From: Vicingus sp.
GTDB taxonomy: Bacteria > Bacteroidota > Bacteroidia > Flavobacteriales_E > Vicingaceae
Length of the DNA stretch: 64,000 bases
Reading direction: 5' to 3'
Assembly (NCBI GenBank): GCA_036171675.1
Contig: JAVHRO010000080.1
Coordinates: forward strand, 10,413 to 74,412
The notes below the pieces were generated by a model, which was not told the origin of the DNA, ran no database searches, and saw nothing but the letters and a program-made list of their open reading frames with translations. Made by a program: the position numbers and the translations under genes. This document shows positions 39,173 to 48,779 of the stretch, in pieces (the stretch's first letter is position 1; every line of letters starts with the position of its first letter).

Positions 39173-41722
39173 TTAATGCTCTCTACATTTTGCACAATAT
39201 AAATTTTTAATGGTCTGATTATCAAAAACTGGCAGAGAAATGTTACATCCACCAATAAACATATCACACCATTCTTCATTTGTAAGTTTATCAATACTCT
39301 CTTGAATTACAAGTTCATAATTCGAATAGATGGGGTCATATGACTTCAAAAAGTAGTAACATTTTACATAAAGTTGATAATGTTGGGGTTCGTAATTCGG
39401 TTCATTTATTAATTCCTCTAATATAGGCATCGCCCAATGTAATTCTCCCATAAAAATAAAATATTGAGCAATTTGAAATTTAAAATCATTGCTATATTTT
39501 TCCAAATCTTTTGTATAATATTCATGTAAATATGGTTTTGCTTTTTTAACCATTGAATATTTACCGTTTGATTCAAGATAATATTCGTTAACATAATTGT
39601 GTTGAAGTCTACAATTAAGGGCTTCAATTGTATCAATACCAAAATTTGCTTTCGTTAAATAACTAATTAAATATTTTAATCTTTTCTCCTCTTCTTTATA
39701 CCCAATATTTTCATTAACATTAAAAGAAGTGAAGTAAAAATGTGTTTTTAATTCCTGTGAGTCAAACGATTTTATTTCTATTAACGATTTTAATTCATTT
39801 AAAAGAACAGCATTTGACATCTTATTAGGTGAATATTGATAATCAAATAACAATCTGTCATATTTCAAATCAGGTTGATTAACATAAGGCAAGGAAAGTT
39901 GGTCGTACGAAAGTTCACCATCTATAACTTTATTAAAAAGAAAATTCTGAATATCTATTAGTCGTTTTATACTACTTGACTGTAACTTTTCGTTTTCTTT
40001 AACCAATATTGAATTAAATTCCTCTATGGCATTTTTAATCGTTATTTCGTTACTTATTATAGATTTCAAAAACAATTTCACATAAACATATCTTTGGTCT
40101 TTTAAATAATTTTCTAAACGTAACACATTGTTAGAGTCGTTAATAAAACTTCTAATCTCTACAGTATCCATGTTCGATAAATAAGAAAACTCCGTATTCT
40201 TTATTTGATTAAAAAACAGGTCCCAATTCTCCGTTGTTGTTAATTTAAAATCTATTGATTCTACTTGATTAACTTTAAAACAATCGAGTATGACATCAGC
40301 TCTTTTTCTAAACAAATGTTCATTAATTTCTTTTGTGCCTTCAACACTTGCATAAGATTCTAATGTTGCCTTTTGAACTATGGTTCCACTGTTTTTTAAT
40401 TCCTCAATTTTTTTATTCACGATGTTATGATCAAATTCTGTTTTATTTTGTTCAAATACTACTTTAAACCTTATAGAATTATTGAGTTTATTTGGCAAAT
40501 AATTGAAATTAGGAAATTCTTTTTTTATTGGTAATTCTGGAATTTCATTGGTTAGTTTTTCACCACAGATAGATATTCCTTCTATTATTTTACAAATTCT
40601 ATTATGAGAATAAATTAAAATGTTTAAATTAAATCTCTCTCCTTTAGCAGATAAAGGAAACTGTCCTATATTAATTGTTAAAAATTCATCTTTATCTAAA
40701 TGAATTTTTTTAGCTTTTAATTCTTCTTCTTTTTGTTTAATAGCATCTAGAATAGATTTTTTAAACATTGGAGGAGTAATGTACCCATCAAATTCACAGC
40801 GTCCATTTCGTCTGGTAGGTACTATGTAATTATCACTTAAGTTGCAGGAGTAATTGTATTTAAACAATACTGTTTCCATTGATAAACCATCTTTTTTATG
40901 TTTAAAATATGATTTTATACTATTTAAATCCCTCATTCTAATTCCAAAATAAAGAGAATCATTATAATAACCGGTAGCAATAGTATTAATGTTAAATACA
41001 GAGGTTCGAGTGTCTGAACAAAATTTATTTTTTTTATTTTCTTTTATACCATAAGCGTGCTTTTTATGTATATTACCTATGATGGGTTCAAAATTTTTAA
41101 GTAATTCTTCGGGGATTTCTTCAGCAAATGGAAAAAGAGGTTCATTTTTTTTGTATAAATACAAATTATTTACCGTAGCAAATTTTTGGACACATCTTAA
41201 TTCATTTAAATTTTCATTATATATTATGGATACACCTGTAATATCATAATCACTGGTAATAATATTGGCATAATGACCGGGAGAATTTACCCAAAGTAAC
41301 CTCATTGCTTTTGCTGCTTCTAAATAGGTATCTGTTCTAATTGCCTCTCCTTTTATTTGAAAGCTTGAATGAAGTGATATTTGAACTAGATTCTCTCCAA
41401 CTCCATAATTCTTGGCTCCAAAAAATTCTGCTCGTAGTTGAGGAGTGTACTTGTTAGGTTTCTTATTTTCATAATGACTTAGAAGCCTATGTTGATTTAA
41501 ATAAACAGCATGATCAGCAGCTGCTATGTATAAAATAGAGTCATTTACTAATTTCGGTATTCCTAAATCAGTTCGAACATCATCAATTTGTTTTTTAACT
41601 AGGTGTTCTAAATATTTGATGTTTAAATTTTTAGTGTCGATAACATCCATTGGCGATTGACACCATCCAATTAATGGTAACATGAAGATTAAAATAATGA
41701 TATTTAATTTCGAAGGTTTCAT
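39173..41722 (-). CDS. Large secreted CAP (SCP) domain protein with OmpA-like and TPR-like regions
   Basis: Signal peptide; AADHA.YL, LSHYE, VGENL, WVNSPGHYANI; SYASVEG...N..L...RA motif at about aa 460-480. Confidence 0.75.
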   Translation of the reverse strand: MKPSKLNIIILIFMLPLIGWCQSPMDVIDTKNLNIKYLEHLVKKQIDDVRTDLGIPKLVNDSILYIAAADHAVYLNQHRLLSHYENKKPNKYTPQLRAEFFGAKNYGVGENLVQISLHSSFQIKGEAIRTDTYLEAAKAMRLLWVNSPGHYANIITSDYDITGVSIIYNENLNELRCVQKFATVNNLYLYKKNEPLFPFAEEIPEELLKNFEPIIGNIHKKHAYGIKENKKNKFCSDTRTSVFNINTIATGYYNDSLYFGIRMRDLNSIKSYFKHKKDGLSMETVLFKYNYSCNLSDNYIVPTRRNGRCEFDGYITPPMFKKSILDAIKQKEEELKAKKIHLDKDEFLTINIGQFPLSAKGERFNLNILIYSHNRICKIIEGISICGEKLTNEIPELPIKKEFPNFNYLPNKLNNSIRFKVVFEQNKTEFDHNIVNKKIEELKNSGTIVQKATLESYASVEGTKEINEHLFRKRADVILDCFKVNQVESIDFKLTTTENWDLFFNQIKNTEFSYLSNMDTVEIRSFINDSNNVLRLENYLKDQRYVYVKLFLKSIISNEITIKNAIEEFNSILVKENEKLQSSSIKRLIDIQNFLFNKVIDGELSYDQLSLPYVNQPDLKYDRLLFDYQYSPNKMSNAVLLNELKSLIEIKSFDSQELKTHFYFTSFNVNENIGYKEEEKRLKYLISYLTKANFGIDTIEALNCRLQHNYVNEYYLESNGKYSMVKKAKPYLHEYYTKDLEKYSNDFKFQIAQYFIFMGELHWAMPILEELINEPNYEPQHYQLYVKCYYFLKSYDPIYSNYELVIQESIDKLTNEEWCDMFIGGCNISLPVFDNQTIKNLYCAKCREH

Positions 41723-41737
41723 AAATTTAATTTATTT

Positions 41738-41899
41738 AACGTGAGTTCGATATAAGAAGTTCAATTGTAAGTTTTGTCATATTGAGTGAATTTTCAGAGA
41801 AAATTTGTATCGAAATAGACAAAACGATTTGTTTTAGATACTAAAATCTTGCAGATTTTCACTCAAACTGACATCGTTTTGTTATATCGAACTCACGTT
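41738..41899. mobile_element. MITE-like element with 18-bp terminal inverted repeats
   Basis: aacgtgagttcgatataa (41738-41755) / ttatatcgaactcacgtt (41882-41899); internal gtcatattgagtgaa...ttcactcaaactgac pair; no ORF. Confidence 0.55.
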
Positions 41900-41973
41900 T
41901 ACTTAGTGAACAATAAATTCGAACTGACATTTGTGTTTATTTCAACCGTTTGGTGAAACTTTTAATTTTTTAC

Positions 41974-43008
41974 CTACACCGCAATACTTACCAACGCGAT
42001 TCTTATTCGGTCTTTTCTTTTTACTATGGCAATGCTCATCCCCATTTTTTTTGTATGGATGAGTTCTTGGTTTTTTTTAAGGTATTCAACTAGCTCGTTA
42101 GTAACCAAATCGATATTAAAATCGTTCGCTTTTTTTTCGATAACCAAATGGCAAATGTGTTTTTGTGTTTTAAAACCTATCATTCCTTTGGTGTTGATGG
42201 TTTCTTGTTTTGATAAAATAATGTTTTGCGTTTCTTTGGTGGCTGGTCTTATGTTTACAATAGCCCTGGCACTTCGGTTGGCTTCATCATTTAGTTTATT
42301 GGTTTGTTTTGGTTTAATGTTTAAAACCTTTAATATTTTATCCAGCACCGAGCTCAACATTTCTTGCTGAATGTTTACATAATTTGGCATTAAATTTTTG
42401 TTCTTTTTTGTTGCCAACGGTTCGTTTATGTAGTTGGGTGTCTTATAACCGTAAGAAAACACATTGGTTCCCCAAACATTATCTTCGTTGATGCAAAATG
42501 CAACGCCATGCCTTATAAAACCTTGCGACAACATGTTCTCGTTATATGCAGGCGAGGATTTCCATTGCTCAAATGATTCTTTGGCAATGTTTATGGCAGT
42601 TTCCTCTACGGTTTTTCCTTTACAACTAAAGTTTAGTAAAATGTTTTCGCCGTTAATAGAAAATTCGGGTTTGTTTTCGGCAGCATAAAAATAGCGGTTT
42701 TCGGCATTTTTATCGGTCGAGCATTTTTCTTGGTGCGAAAGCCTTTGGTATATACGCATCCAGTAGCTGTGGTTTCTGGCTGATAACCACATGGTTTCGT
42801 CCCAAGCCAATAATGGCAAGTTGTTTTCGCTACGGTATTGGTTTATTAGTTTGTTAAACTCTAAGGCAGCAGCTCGTTCAATGGCGAGTGTTTTGTTGTT
42901 GTCTTTGTTTTCTACCAGCTCTTGCAAACCACTTATGGTGTAAAATTGAGCAGTGCTTGTGTTGGTGCATATCAATATCACCCCAAGTATTAAGCTTATT
43001 TTTTTCAT
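41974..43008 (-). CDS. Secreted CAP (SCP) domain protein
   Basis: INQYR..NNL, ARNHS.WM, LSHQE, GENIL, QWKSSPAYNENML. Confidence 0.8.
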   Translation of the reverse strand: MKKISLILGVILICTNTSTAQFYTISGLQELVENKDNNKTLAIERAAALEFNKLINQYRSENNLPLLAWDETMWLSARNHSYWMRIYQRLSHQEKCSTDKNAENRYFYAAENKPEFSINGENILLNFSCKGKTVEETAINIAKESFEQWKSSPAYNENMLSQGFIRHGVAFCINEDNVWGTNVFSYGYKTPNYINEPLATKKNKNLMPNYVNIQQEMLSSVLDKILKVLNIKPKQTNKLNDEANRSARAIVNIRPATKETQNIILSKQETINTKGMIGFKTQKHICHLVIEKKANDFNIDLVTNELVEYLKKNQELIHTKKMGMSIAIVKRKDRIRIALVSIAV

Positions 43009-43367
43009 GGTAATTAGGTTTTAATGTGATTAAACAAACAACGAGTGCATATTGTTTAAAATTGTATAAACCAGTAAAATAACTATATAATTCTATTTTA
43101 TTGTTTTAAATAAGAATATAATATTGATTATTGTATAAAACACAAAATAAAAGAAAACACAATAAATATAAAGTTTTGTAATTTTATTTTTAAATAACAA
43201 ACAACTGTCCTATATAAATCGGTAAATTCGTTTGTTGTATAATAGATGGTTTGTAGTTGCTAGCATACAAAGCTTTGCTTCAAATTAAAAACAGTTTAAG
43301 ATAAAAATTCAGCACATCTAACAAAATGAGATAAATAATGTTTAACAAGTAAAAGATTTAATATAAA

Positions 43368-43655
43368 ATGAATGATTTTATTGAAGAACTTAGAAAGAAT
43401 TTAATCTATTTTAATTGGGATATATTCTATAATAGTAAATTAGATATAGAAGAATATCGTTTGTCTGATTATTTGTTGTCAAATTGTGTATTTCTAATTT
43501 CAAAAGAAGCCACTGAAATTTCAATAATCATATCTTTAAAAAAAGGAAATATCTACCAACCTTCTAAGGCATATATTATTTCCATTAATTCAAATGAAGG
43601 TAAATTGATTTTAGATTTAATGAATCAAGTAAAAAATCCCCCCCTCTGTCCGTAG
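43368..43655 (+). CDS. Hypothetical protein, probably 3'-truncated by a REP
   Basis: ATG in AT-rich context; the stop codon lies inside the repeat starting at 43648. Confidence 0.45.
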   Translation: MNDFIEELRKNLIYFNWDIFYNSKLDIEEYRLSDYLLSNCVFLISKEATEISIIISLKKGNIYQPSKAYIISINSNEGKLILDLMNQVKNPPLCP

Positions 43656-43790
43656 TTTGAGGCGATAGAGAAGAGCGGTGGCAACTACGGATTTATAACT
43701 AGAAAGTAAATAAAAATTATATTTTGCAAAGAAATTAAGATAATAGTCCGTAGTTGCCATTACACACATGCTTGGCTTCAAACAACGGAC
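43648..43790. repeat. Inverted REP doublet A
   Basis: gtccgtagtttgagg...tggcaactacgga (43648-43691) is the reverse complement, with a different loop, of gtccgtagttgcca...cttcaaacaacggac (43746-43790). Confidence 0.75.
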
Positions 43791-43795
43791 AGATT

Positions 43796-43974
43796 AGCGT
43801 AACTCGAAAATTGGAGATCCCCAGCTGGTGCGAGTTTAGCGTAGCGTAACTCGTTCCGTTTCAATAACTCAACTACTCAACTATACAATTTAATTTTCTT
43901 AGCTGCTGTAAGTCCGAGTTACACTCCATAAACTTCCATTGCATTACAGTTTATTACGCTAAACTCGAACTAGC
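43796..43974. repeat. Inverted REP doublet B
   Basis: gctggtgcgagtttagcgtagcgtaactcg (43824-43853) and inverted cgagttac...tacgctaaactcgaactagc (43915-43974); partial copy at 43796. Confidence 0.75.
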
Positions 43975-43984
43975 CCTCAACACC

Positions 43985-44287
43985 TTGCCAAATAAAACTA
44001 AACAACAATTCAAACTTAGAAGCAAAGCTTTTTTTAAAAAATTTGCTTCTTTTAACTACCAAAATGCGGCATCTTACCAATTACCGAAGTATAAATTAGC
44101 TTGGATTTTTAGCTTATATTTGAATAATAACGAATTAGAATTTGGTACTATATGGACAAACGAAGTAGATTGGTTTAAGTTTGGCTACATTTTCTTTTTT
44201 ATAAACTTGCTGTTTATTTTGCTGTTTTATTTTTTAAGAAACAAACCCAATCCCGATGTTAACGGCCAATTTTTAAAAGAAAACTAA
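43985..44287 (+). CDS. Hypothetical membrane protein fragment
   Basis: TTG start immediately after a REP; one hydrophobic segment; no recognisable motif. Confidence 0.3.
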   Translation: MPNKTKQQFKLRSKAFFKKFASFNYQNAASYQLPKYKLAWIFSLYLNNNELEFGTIWTNEVDWFKFGYIFFFINLLFILLFYFLRNKPNPDVNGQFLKEN

Positions 44288-44871
44288 AAAGAGAGTTAAA
44301 AGTTTTTGCTATTGGTATTATTGCCTTTGTTGCTTTTTTAGGTTTTATGAAAGTTTTTAATTCGTATCAAGAAGTTAGAAAAGTTAAAATAGCAACTGAA
44401 ATTAGTACAATTGAGCTTTCGTTAGTTGATTACGAAACTAAATTAGACAAACGTATAGTATTTGTGGAAAAAATGGACGAGGTTTTTAATTTAGAAGATT
44501 ACTACGGAAATGTAGATGCTTTTTTTAACGATTGGCTTTCTAGGTCTGAAAAACAAAGCTGGATTGATTATATTGTTAATACTTATAATAAAAAAAGAAA
44601 AATAAACCAAACAAATGTACTAACCAAAGAAGAATTTGCAAACACATTAAATACACTGTATGAATCAGTACAAGAAAGTGATGAAGCAAACCAAAAATAT
44701 GATAAGATAAATGAATTAAATTCAGAAAGAGATAAATTATTCTTTTTTGTAAGAGATGGTTACACAAAAAGTGTGTTTTTATTTTTAATCATCGAACTGT
44801 TGGTTTTATATATTCTTCGCTATTCATATTATGGTGTAAGAAGTTTAAATAATTATTTGAAGGATGAGTGA
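44256..44871 (+). pseudogene. Two-TM hypothetical protein with a probable +1 frameshift near the 5' end
   Basis: ATG 44256 reads MLTANF*; removing one T from the T5 run at 44270-44274 joins it to KRKLKRELKVFAIGIIAFVAFLGF and the 44347 ORF. Confidence 0.5.
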
Positions 44872-45019
44872 AAAAATGGAACTAAACGACTGGTTTACAA
44901 TAATATATATTCTGTTAGCTGTGTTTGCTTTTTTCTCACAAGAGGAAAGACAAATTTTACTACTCAAGACAAAAAGCCATTATTCGTAAAATTTCAATAA
45001 ATAAACCCTTTACAGAAAA

Positions 45020-45256
45020 TTATCTTTTAGCATCATAATCATAACTCTCTAATAAATTATGAATGGATTCTATATTACTCACAGCAGTACTTTCTTCATA
45101 ATAAATTATTGTATGAACAGAATCAACAAATTCTTGTGCATTTTCCCACATCCTCTCATGTATGTTGCACAAAGTTGTTCTTAAAAGAAGTTGTTTCTTC
45201 AAATCTTTAATCTCTTTCTCATAATCTTCTGGAGATCTTGATGATAATTTATTCAA
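45020..45256 (-). CDS. Hypothetical protein
   Basis: 78-aa ORF with TTG start in an otherwise empty region; no motif. Confidence 0.35.
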   Translation of the reverse strand: MNKLSSRSPEDYEKEIKDLKKQLLLRTTLCNIHERMWENAQEFVDSVHTIIYYEESTAVSNIESIHNLLESYDYDAKR

Positions 45257-45468
45257 CTCCTCCTTTATTATTTCTCTAATCTTTTCATATTCAATAAATA
45301 GTTATGATTTTCTATTTATCTAAAAAACTGATACAATTTTTAATGGTAAATAATCAATTAATCCAGTACATAAATCAAAACACCCAACACGATTTTAAAG
45401 TGTTGGGTGTTTTTAGTACATTAGTCCCCGCAATTGCGTGGCTATTTAACCTTAATCAATTATTAAAA

Positions 45469-46053
45469 TTACTGAGCAGCAATTTTAAATTTAACCACAA
45501 ATTCATCACTAATCATTTTATCGCCTAGCCCTTCAAAAAATTTACCCGAACCGTACTTAATATCGTAGTTCGTGCGATCAATAGAAACTTCGGCAAAAGC
45601 AGCAAGTTTACCTCCTTTAATTTCTATTAAAGCCTTAAATTCAATAGGTTTTGTAATTCCTTTTATCGTTAAATTCCCAAAAATGGTTGAATAGCCATCT
45701 GCATTTAAAGTAACTTTTAAAATATCAAGAGTAGCAGTTGGGTTGGCTTTAGTATCAAAAAAATCTGGTGAATTTAAATGTCCAACTAGTTTTTCGCTCC
45801 ACTCTCCTTGTAAATCTTTACAAATTATGGAGGTCATATCAATTACAACCGTTGCTTTATCTAATTTACCATCATGTAAAAAAAGGTTGCCCTCTTTAAT
45901 GGATATTTCACCATTATGCTGACCAGTTACTTTTTTGCCTATCCATTCAACACTACTTACTTTGGTGTTGATTTTCAACGATGTTTCATCTCCCGCTTTT
46001 AATGTAAAGCTAACTGTTAATGCGATGGCAATACTTAATAATATTTTTTTCAT
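45469..46053 (-). CDS. YceI family protein
   Basis: Signal peptide; SSVEWIGKKVTGQHNG, HLNSPDFFD, GNLTIKGITK, IDRT.YDIKYGS. Confidence 0.92.
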   Translation of the reverse strand: MKKILLSIAIALTVSFTLKAGDETSLKINTKVSSVEWIGKKVTGQHNGEISIKEGNLFLHDGKLDKATVVIDMTSIICKDLQGEWSEKLVGHLNSPDFFDTKANPTATLDILKVTLNADGYSTIFGNLTIKGITKPIEFKALIEIKGGKLAAFAEVSIDRTNYDIKYGSGKFFEGLGDKMISDEFVVKFKIAAQ

Positions 46054-46204
46054 TTTATTATAAATTTAATGTTTAATGCAAATATATGTATATACATTTA
46101 ATGTTTATACATTTTAAAAAAATATTTGTAAAATAAATTACAAACAACTGTATTTCATACTAATAATTGAGATTATAAATGGTGGTTTAACTATAATTCA
46201 ACAG

Positions 46205-46534
46205 TTATGGTTGCTGAACTTTTTTCTTCCAAACTTGATATTTGAATACTATATTGTTGGAGTTTATATAATAGATGTGTTCTATTTCTACCACTTTTTT
46301 TGGTTTAGTTTCAGCAGTAACCAACTTTTTTTTTCCAAAATAGGCTTCGGTGGTAGTATAAATGTAGGCTTCGGCGTTCTCAAAAACTTTAATTTTTTTA
46401 GCCACACCTTTTTCTTTAATTAAAGCCTCTCTACTTTGTCCTACCAATGGGCTCGTGTAGGTAATTGGACCTTTCGGTGAACAACTTAGTAAAACAAAAA
46501 AAGTCAGTATTAAATAAAGGGCTTTCATAATCAT
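46205..46534 (-). CDS. Hypothetical lipoprotein
   Basis: Lipobox LLSC; upstream neighbour cvpA is in the same orientation. Confidence 0.7.
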   Translation of the reverse strand: MIMKALYLILTFFVLLSCSPKGPITYTSPLVGQSREALIKEKGVAKKIKVFENAEAYIYTTTEAYFGKKKLVTAETKPKKVVEIEHIYYINSNNIVFKYQVWKKKVQQP

Positions 46535-46564
46535 AAAGGTAAAAAAAGAATTGAAAAATAAAAA

Positions 46565-47104
46565 TTAGTTTTCTAAAATTCCTTGCTGCATGGCATTTTC
46601 CGAAATTTTTGGTGTATCTAACTTCAAATTTTTTAACCCAGGAATAACAAGTGGCGCAAAATTTTCGATTGGTTTATATAGAAAAGATGCTTCTTTTTTA
46701 TCTGGTGTAAGAACCTCAACTTCGTTGTTAAACACATTTAGTAAATTTAAAAATACACTTAATATAAACGCAAACTTTAATACGCCAAACAGTAGTCCAA
46801 TCAACCTGTTTAATGTCCCAAGAGCAGCTTTTTTAAGAATACCTTGTAGCAGTTTGGCTAATAAAAAAACCACCATAACTATGAGAATAAAAGTTAACGA
46901 AAAGGAAATCAACGGCATTAATTTAGGCGAAATATCGAACAGTTGACTTAAATATTCGGCGGATAGATATGAAAATTTCAATCCCCCAAAAACACCTAGT
47001 CCTAAAGCAATTAAAGAGGCTATTTCAATAATAAACCCTTTTGAAAATCCTTTATATGCCCCCCAAAGTAATGGTACAATAAAAATAAAATCAAAATAAT
47101 TCAT
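46565..47104 (-). CDS. cvpA: CvpA family protein
   Basis: MNYFD...GAYKGFSKGFI, LNRLIGLLFG.LK, EASFLY. Confidence 0.9.
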   Translation of the reverse strand: MNYFDFIFIVPLLWGAYKGFSKGFIIEIASLIALGLGVFGGLKFSYLSAEYLSQLFDISPKLMPLISFSLTFILIVMVVFLLAKLLQGILKKAALGTLNRLIGLLFGVLKFAFILSVFLNLLNVFNNEVEVLTPDKKEASFLYKPIENFAPLVIPGLKNLKLDTPKISENAMQQGILEN

Positions 47105-47194
47105 TCCACAAAGCTACTTTTCCTTTCTAAGTATGTGTGTGTTGAATAATATTTTTATTAAAATTTGATTGTTTATAGTTTGTAAATATCTACC

Positions 47195-47202
47195 TAATTT
47201 TG
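47195..47202 (+). promoter_or_regulatory. Bacteroidota -7 element (probable leaderless transcript)
   Basis: TAATTTTG ends 4 nt before ATG 47207. Confidence 0.55.
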
Positions 47203-47206
47203 TCCC

Positions 47207-47539
47207 ATGGAAATGGATGTAAAATTAGAATGGGAAAAAGTTAAACTGTTTGTAAAACAACGTTTTAATGAAGACCTTGATGTTCAGAGTATATTGTACA
47301 TCATTGGGCTTCAAGAGTTAGGAAAAAATCATCAGCCACTTAAAAAAGAGCAAAAGATTGATGTGATACATATTGGAATATGTTCGGTTTTGCTTCCGCT
47401 AGGGTATTATCAAAAAAATGGATTGGATGATGAAGGTTGGCCTCATTATACGAACATAAAAAAACTCCCCAACAAGGTTGTTGGAGAGTTACAAGATGTT
47501 TTTATGAAAAAGGCAATAATTAATTATTTTAGCCTCTAA
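47207..47539 (+). CDS. Conserved hypothetical protein
   Basis: LYIIGLQELG, KIDVIHIGIC, GYY...D.EGWPH; own promoter. Confidence 0.75.
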   Translation: MEMDVKLEWEKVKLFVKQRFNEDLDVQSILYIIGLQELGKNHQPLKKEQKIDVIHIGICSVLLPLGYYQKNGLDDEGWPHYTNIKKLPNKVVGELQDVFMKKAIINYFSL

Positions 47540-47541
47540 AC

Positions 47542-48009
47542 TTATTTTAAATTAATGGTTTCTTGGAAATCATTATCTACACTACGTTGTCTAACGCTTT
47601 CAATTTTTACTACTTTATGCCCACTTAATGAGTCTGTTATATTTACGAGCGTTTGTATGGTGTCTATTGGGAAGTTGGAAACATCAAAAATAGTATCATA
47701 ACCAACTATTTGAGAAGTTCTATAATAAACCACATCAACATCTAACACAGCCGAAAATTTAAAATTAAATTTTACGTACCCAGCAGCATCAGTAGTTCCA
47801 GTTTTGTCCATTTCGGCCTCATTAACAATACTCCCAAGTTGAGTAGCGTCGCTACTTGGCCAAGCATGCACAATTGCACCAGATGCTGGAACTCCTTTAT
47901 CATCTAACACAGTAATGTGTAGGCTAGGCGAACGTTCTTTCGCACACGAAAACGCAATAACTCCTATAAAGATTAACAATACAAGTTTGAAGGTTGTTTT
48001 ATTTGCCAT
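47542..48009 (-). CDS. Hypothetical lipoprotein (prealbumin/Ig-like beta sandwich)
   Basis: Lipobox AFSC; ITVLDDKG.PASGAIV...TTDAAG pattern. Confidence 0.65.
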   Translation of the reverse strand: MANKTTFKLVLLIFIGVIAFSCAKERSPSLHITVLDDKGVPASGAIVHAWPSSDATQLGSIVNEAEMDKTGTTDAAGYVKFNFKFSAVLDVDVVYYRTSQIVGYDTIFDVSNFPIDTIQTLVNITDSLSGHKVVKIESVRQRSVDNDFQETINLK

Positions 48010-48085
48010 TTTATTTTATTTTAGCGTTCAAAACTATTTTACAGTTAAATCAATTAGCTTTGTAACTAACAAATTTAATAAAAAA

Positions 48086-48778
48086 ATGTTCACAAATAAA
48101 TTTTTTTATATTTCGATGCTATTGTTTTTCGCTTTGAGCGCGGCCACACTTGCTCAGAAGCAAGAAAAACAACTATTGGTAGTAATTTCAACATCGTATG
48201 GAAATATTAAAATAGCACTATACAACGAAGCCCCAAAACACCGCGATAACTTTATTAAATTGGTAAAAGACGGAGTGCTTAATGGTACGTTGTTTCATCG
48301 GGTAATTAAAAATTTTATGATTCAAGGGGGTGACCCCGATTCAAAAAATGCCGAAAAAGGTGCTGCATTAGGTGAAGGTGGTCTTGGATATACTATTCCT
48401 GCTGAATTTAATGCTGCTTTAATTCATAAAAAGGGAGTATTGGCCGCTGCCCGTGAAAGCGACGAGGTTAATCCTAATAAAGAATCATCAAGTTGCCAAT
48501 TTTATATTGTTCATGGACGAACATTTACACGAGCTGAAATTGATAAAATGCTGAAAGCAAAAAATGCCAAACGTGAACATAAAATTGAATATACCGACGA
48601 GCAATACAAAACCTATGAAACCATAGGCGGAACACCTCATTTAGATATGGATTATACCGTGTTTGGTGAAGTGATTGAAGGACTAGATGTAATTGATAAA
48701 ATTGCTGAAGTTAAAAAAGACAAAAGAGACCGACCTGAAGAAGACATTAAAATGACCTTTAAGATTGTTAAAAAATAA
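48086..48778 (+). CDS. Cyclophilin-type peptidyl-prolyl cis-trans isomerase
   Basis: FHRVIKNFMIQGGD, HKKGVLAAAR, SSCQFYIV, HLDMDYTVFGEV; start reassigned to ATG 48086 after TAGCTTTG (48055-48062). Confidence 0.92.
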   Translation: MFTNKFFYISMLLFFALSAATLAQKQEKQLLVVISTSYGNIKIALYNEAPKHRDNFIKLVKDGVLNGTLFHRVIKNFMIQGGDPDSKNAEKGAALGEGGLGYTIPAEFNAALIHKKGVLAAARESDEVNPNKESSSCQFYIVHGRTFTRAEIDKMLKAKNAKREHKIEYTDEQYKTYETIGGTPHLDMDYTVFGEVIEGLDVIDKIAEVKKDKRDRPEEDIKMTFKIVKK

Positions 48779-48779
48779 A

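Noticed and set aside
43368-45256. Integron cassette array
   Set aside because: The flanking palindromes lack RYYYAAC/GTTRRRY attC ends, ORFs are not uniformly oriented, and there is no integrase.
45304-45528. 74-aa plus-strand ORF
   Set aside because: It overlaps the yceI 3' end, is low-complexity and AT-rich, and has no motif.
47915-48085. 57-aa N-terminal extension of the PPIase
   Set aside because: It overlaps the divergent lipoprotein gene and a promoter at 48055; the signal peptide begins at ATG 48086.
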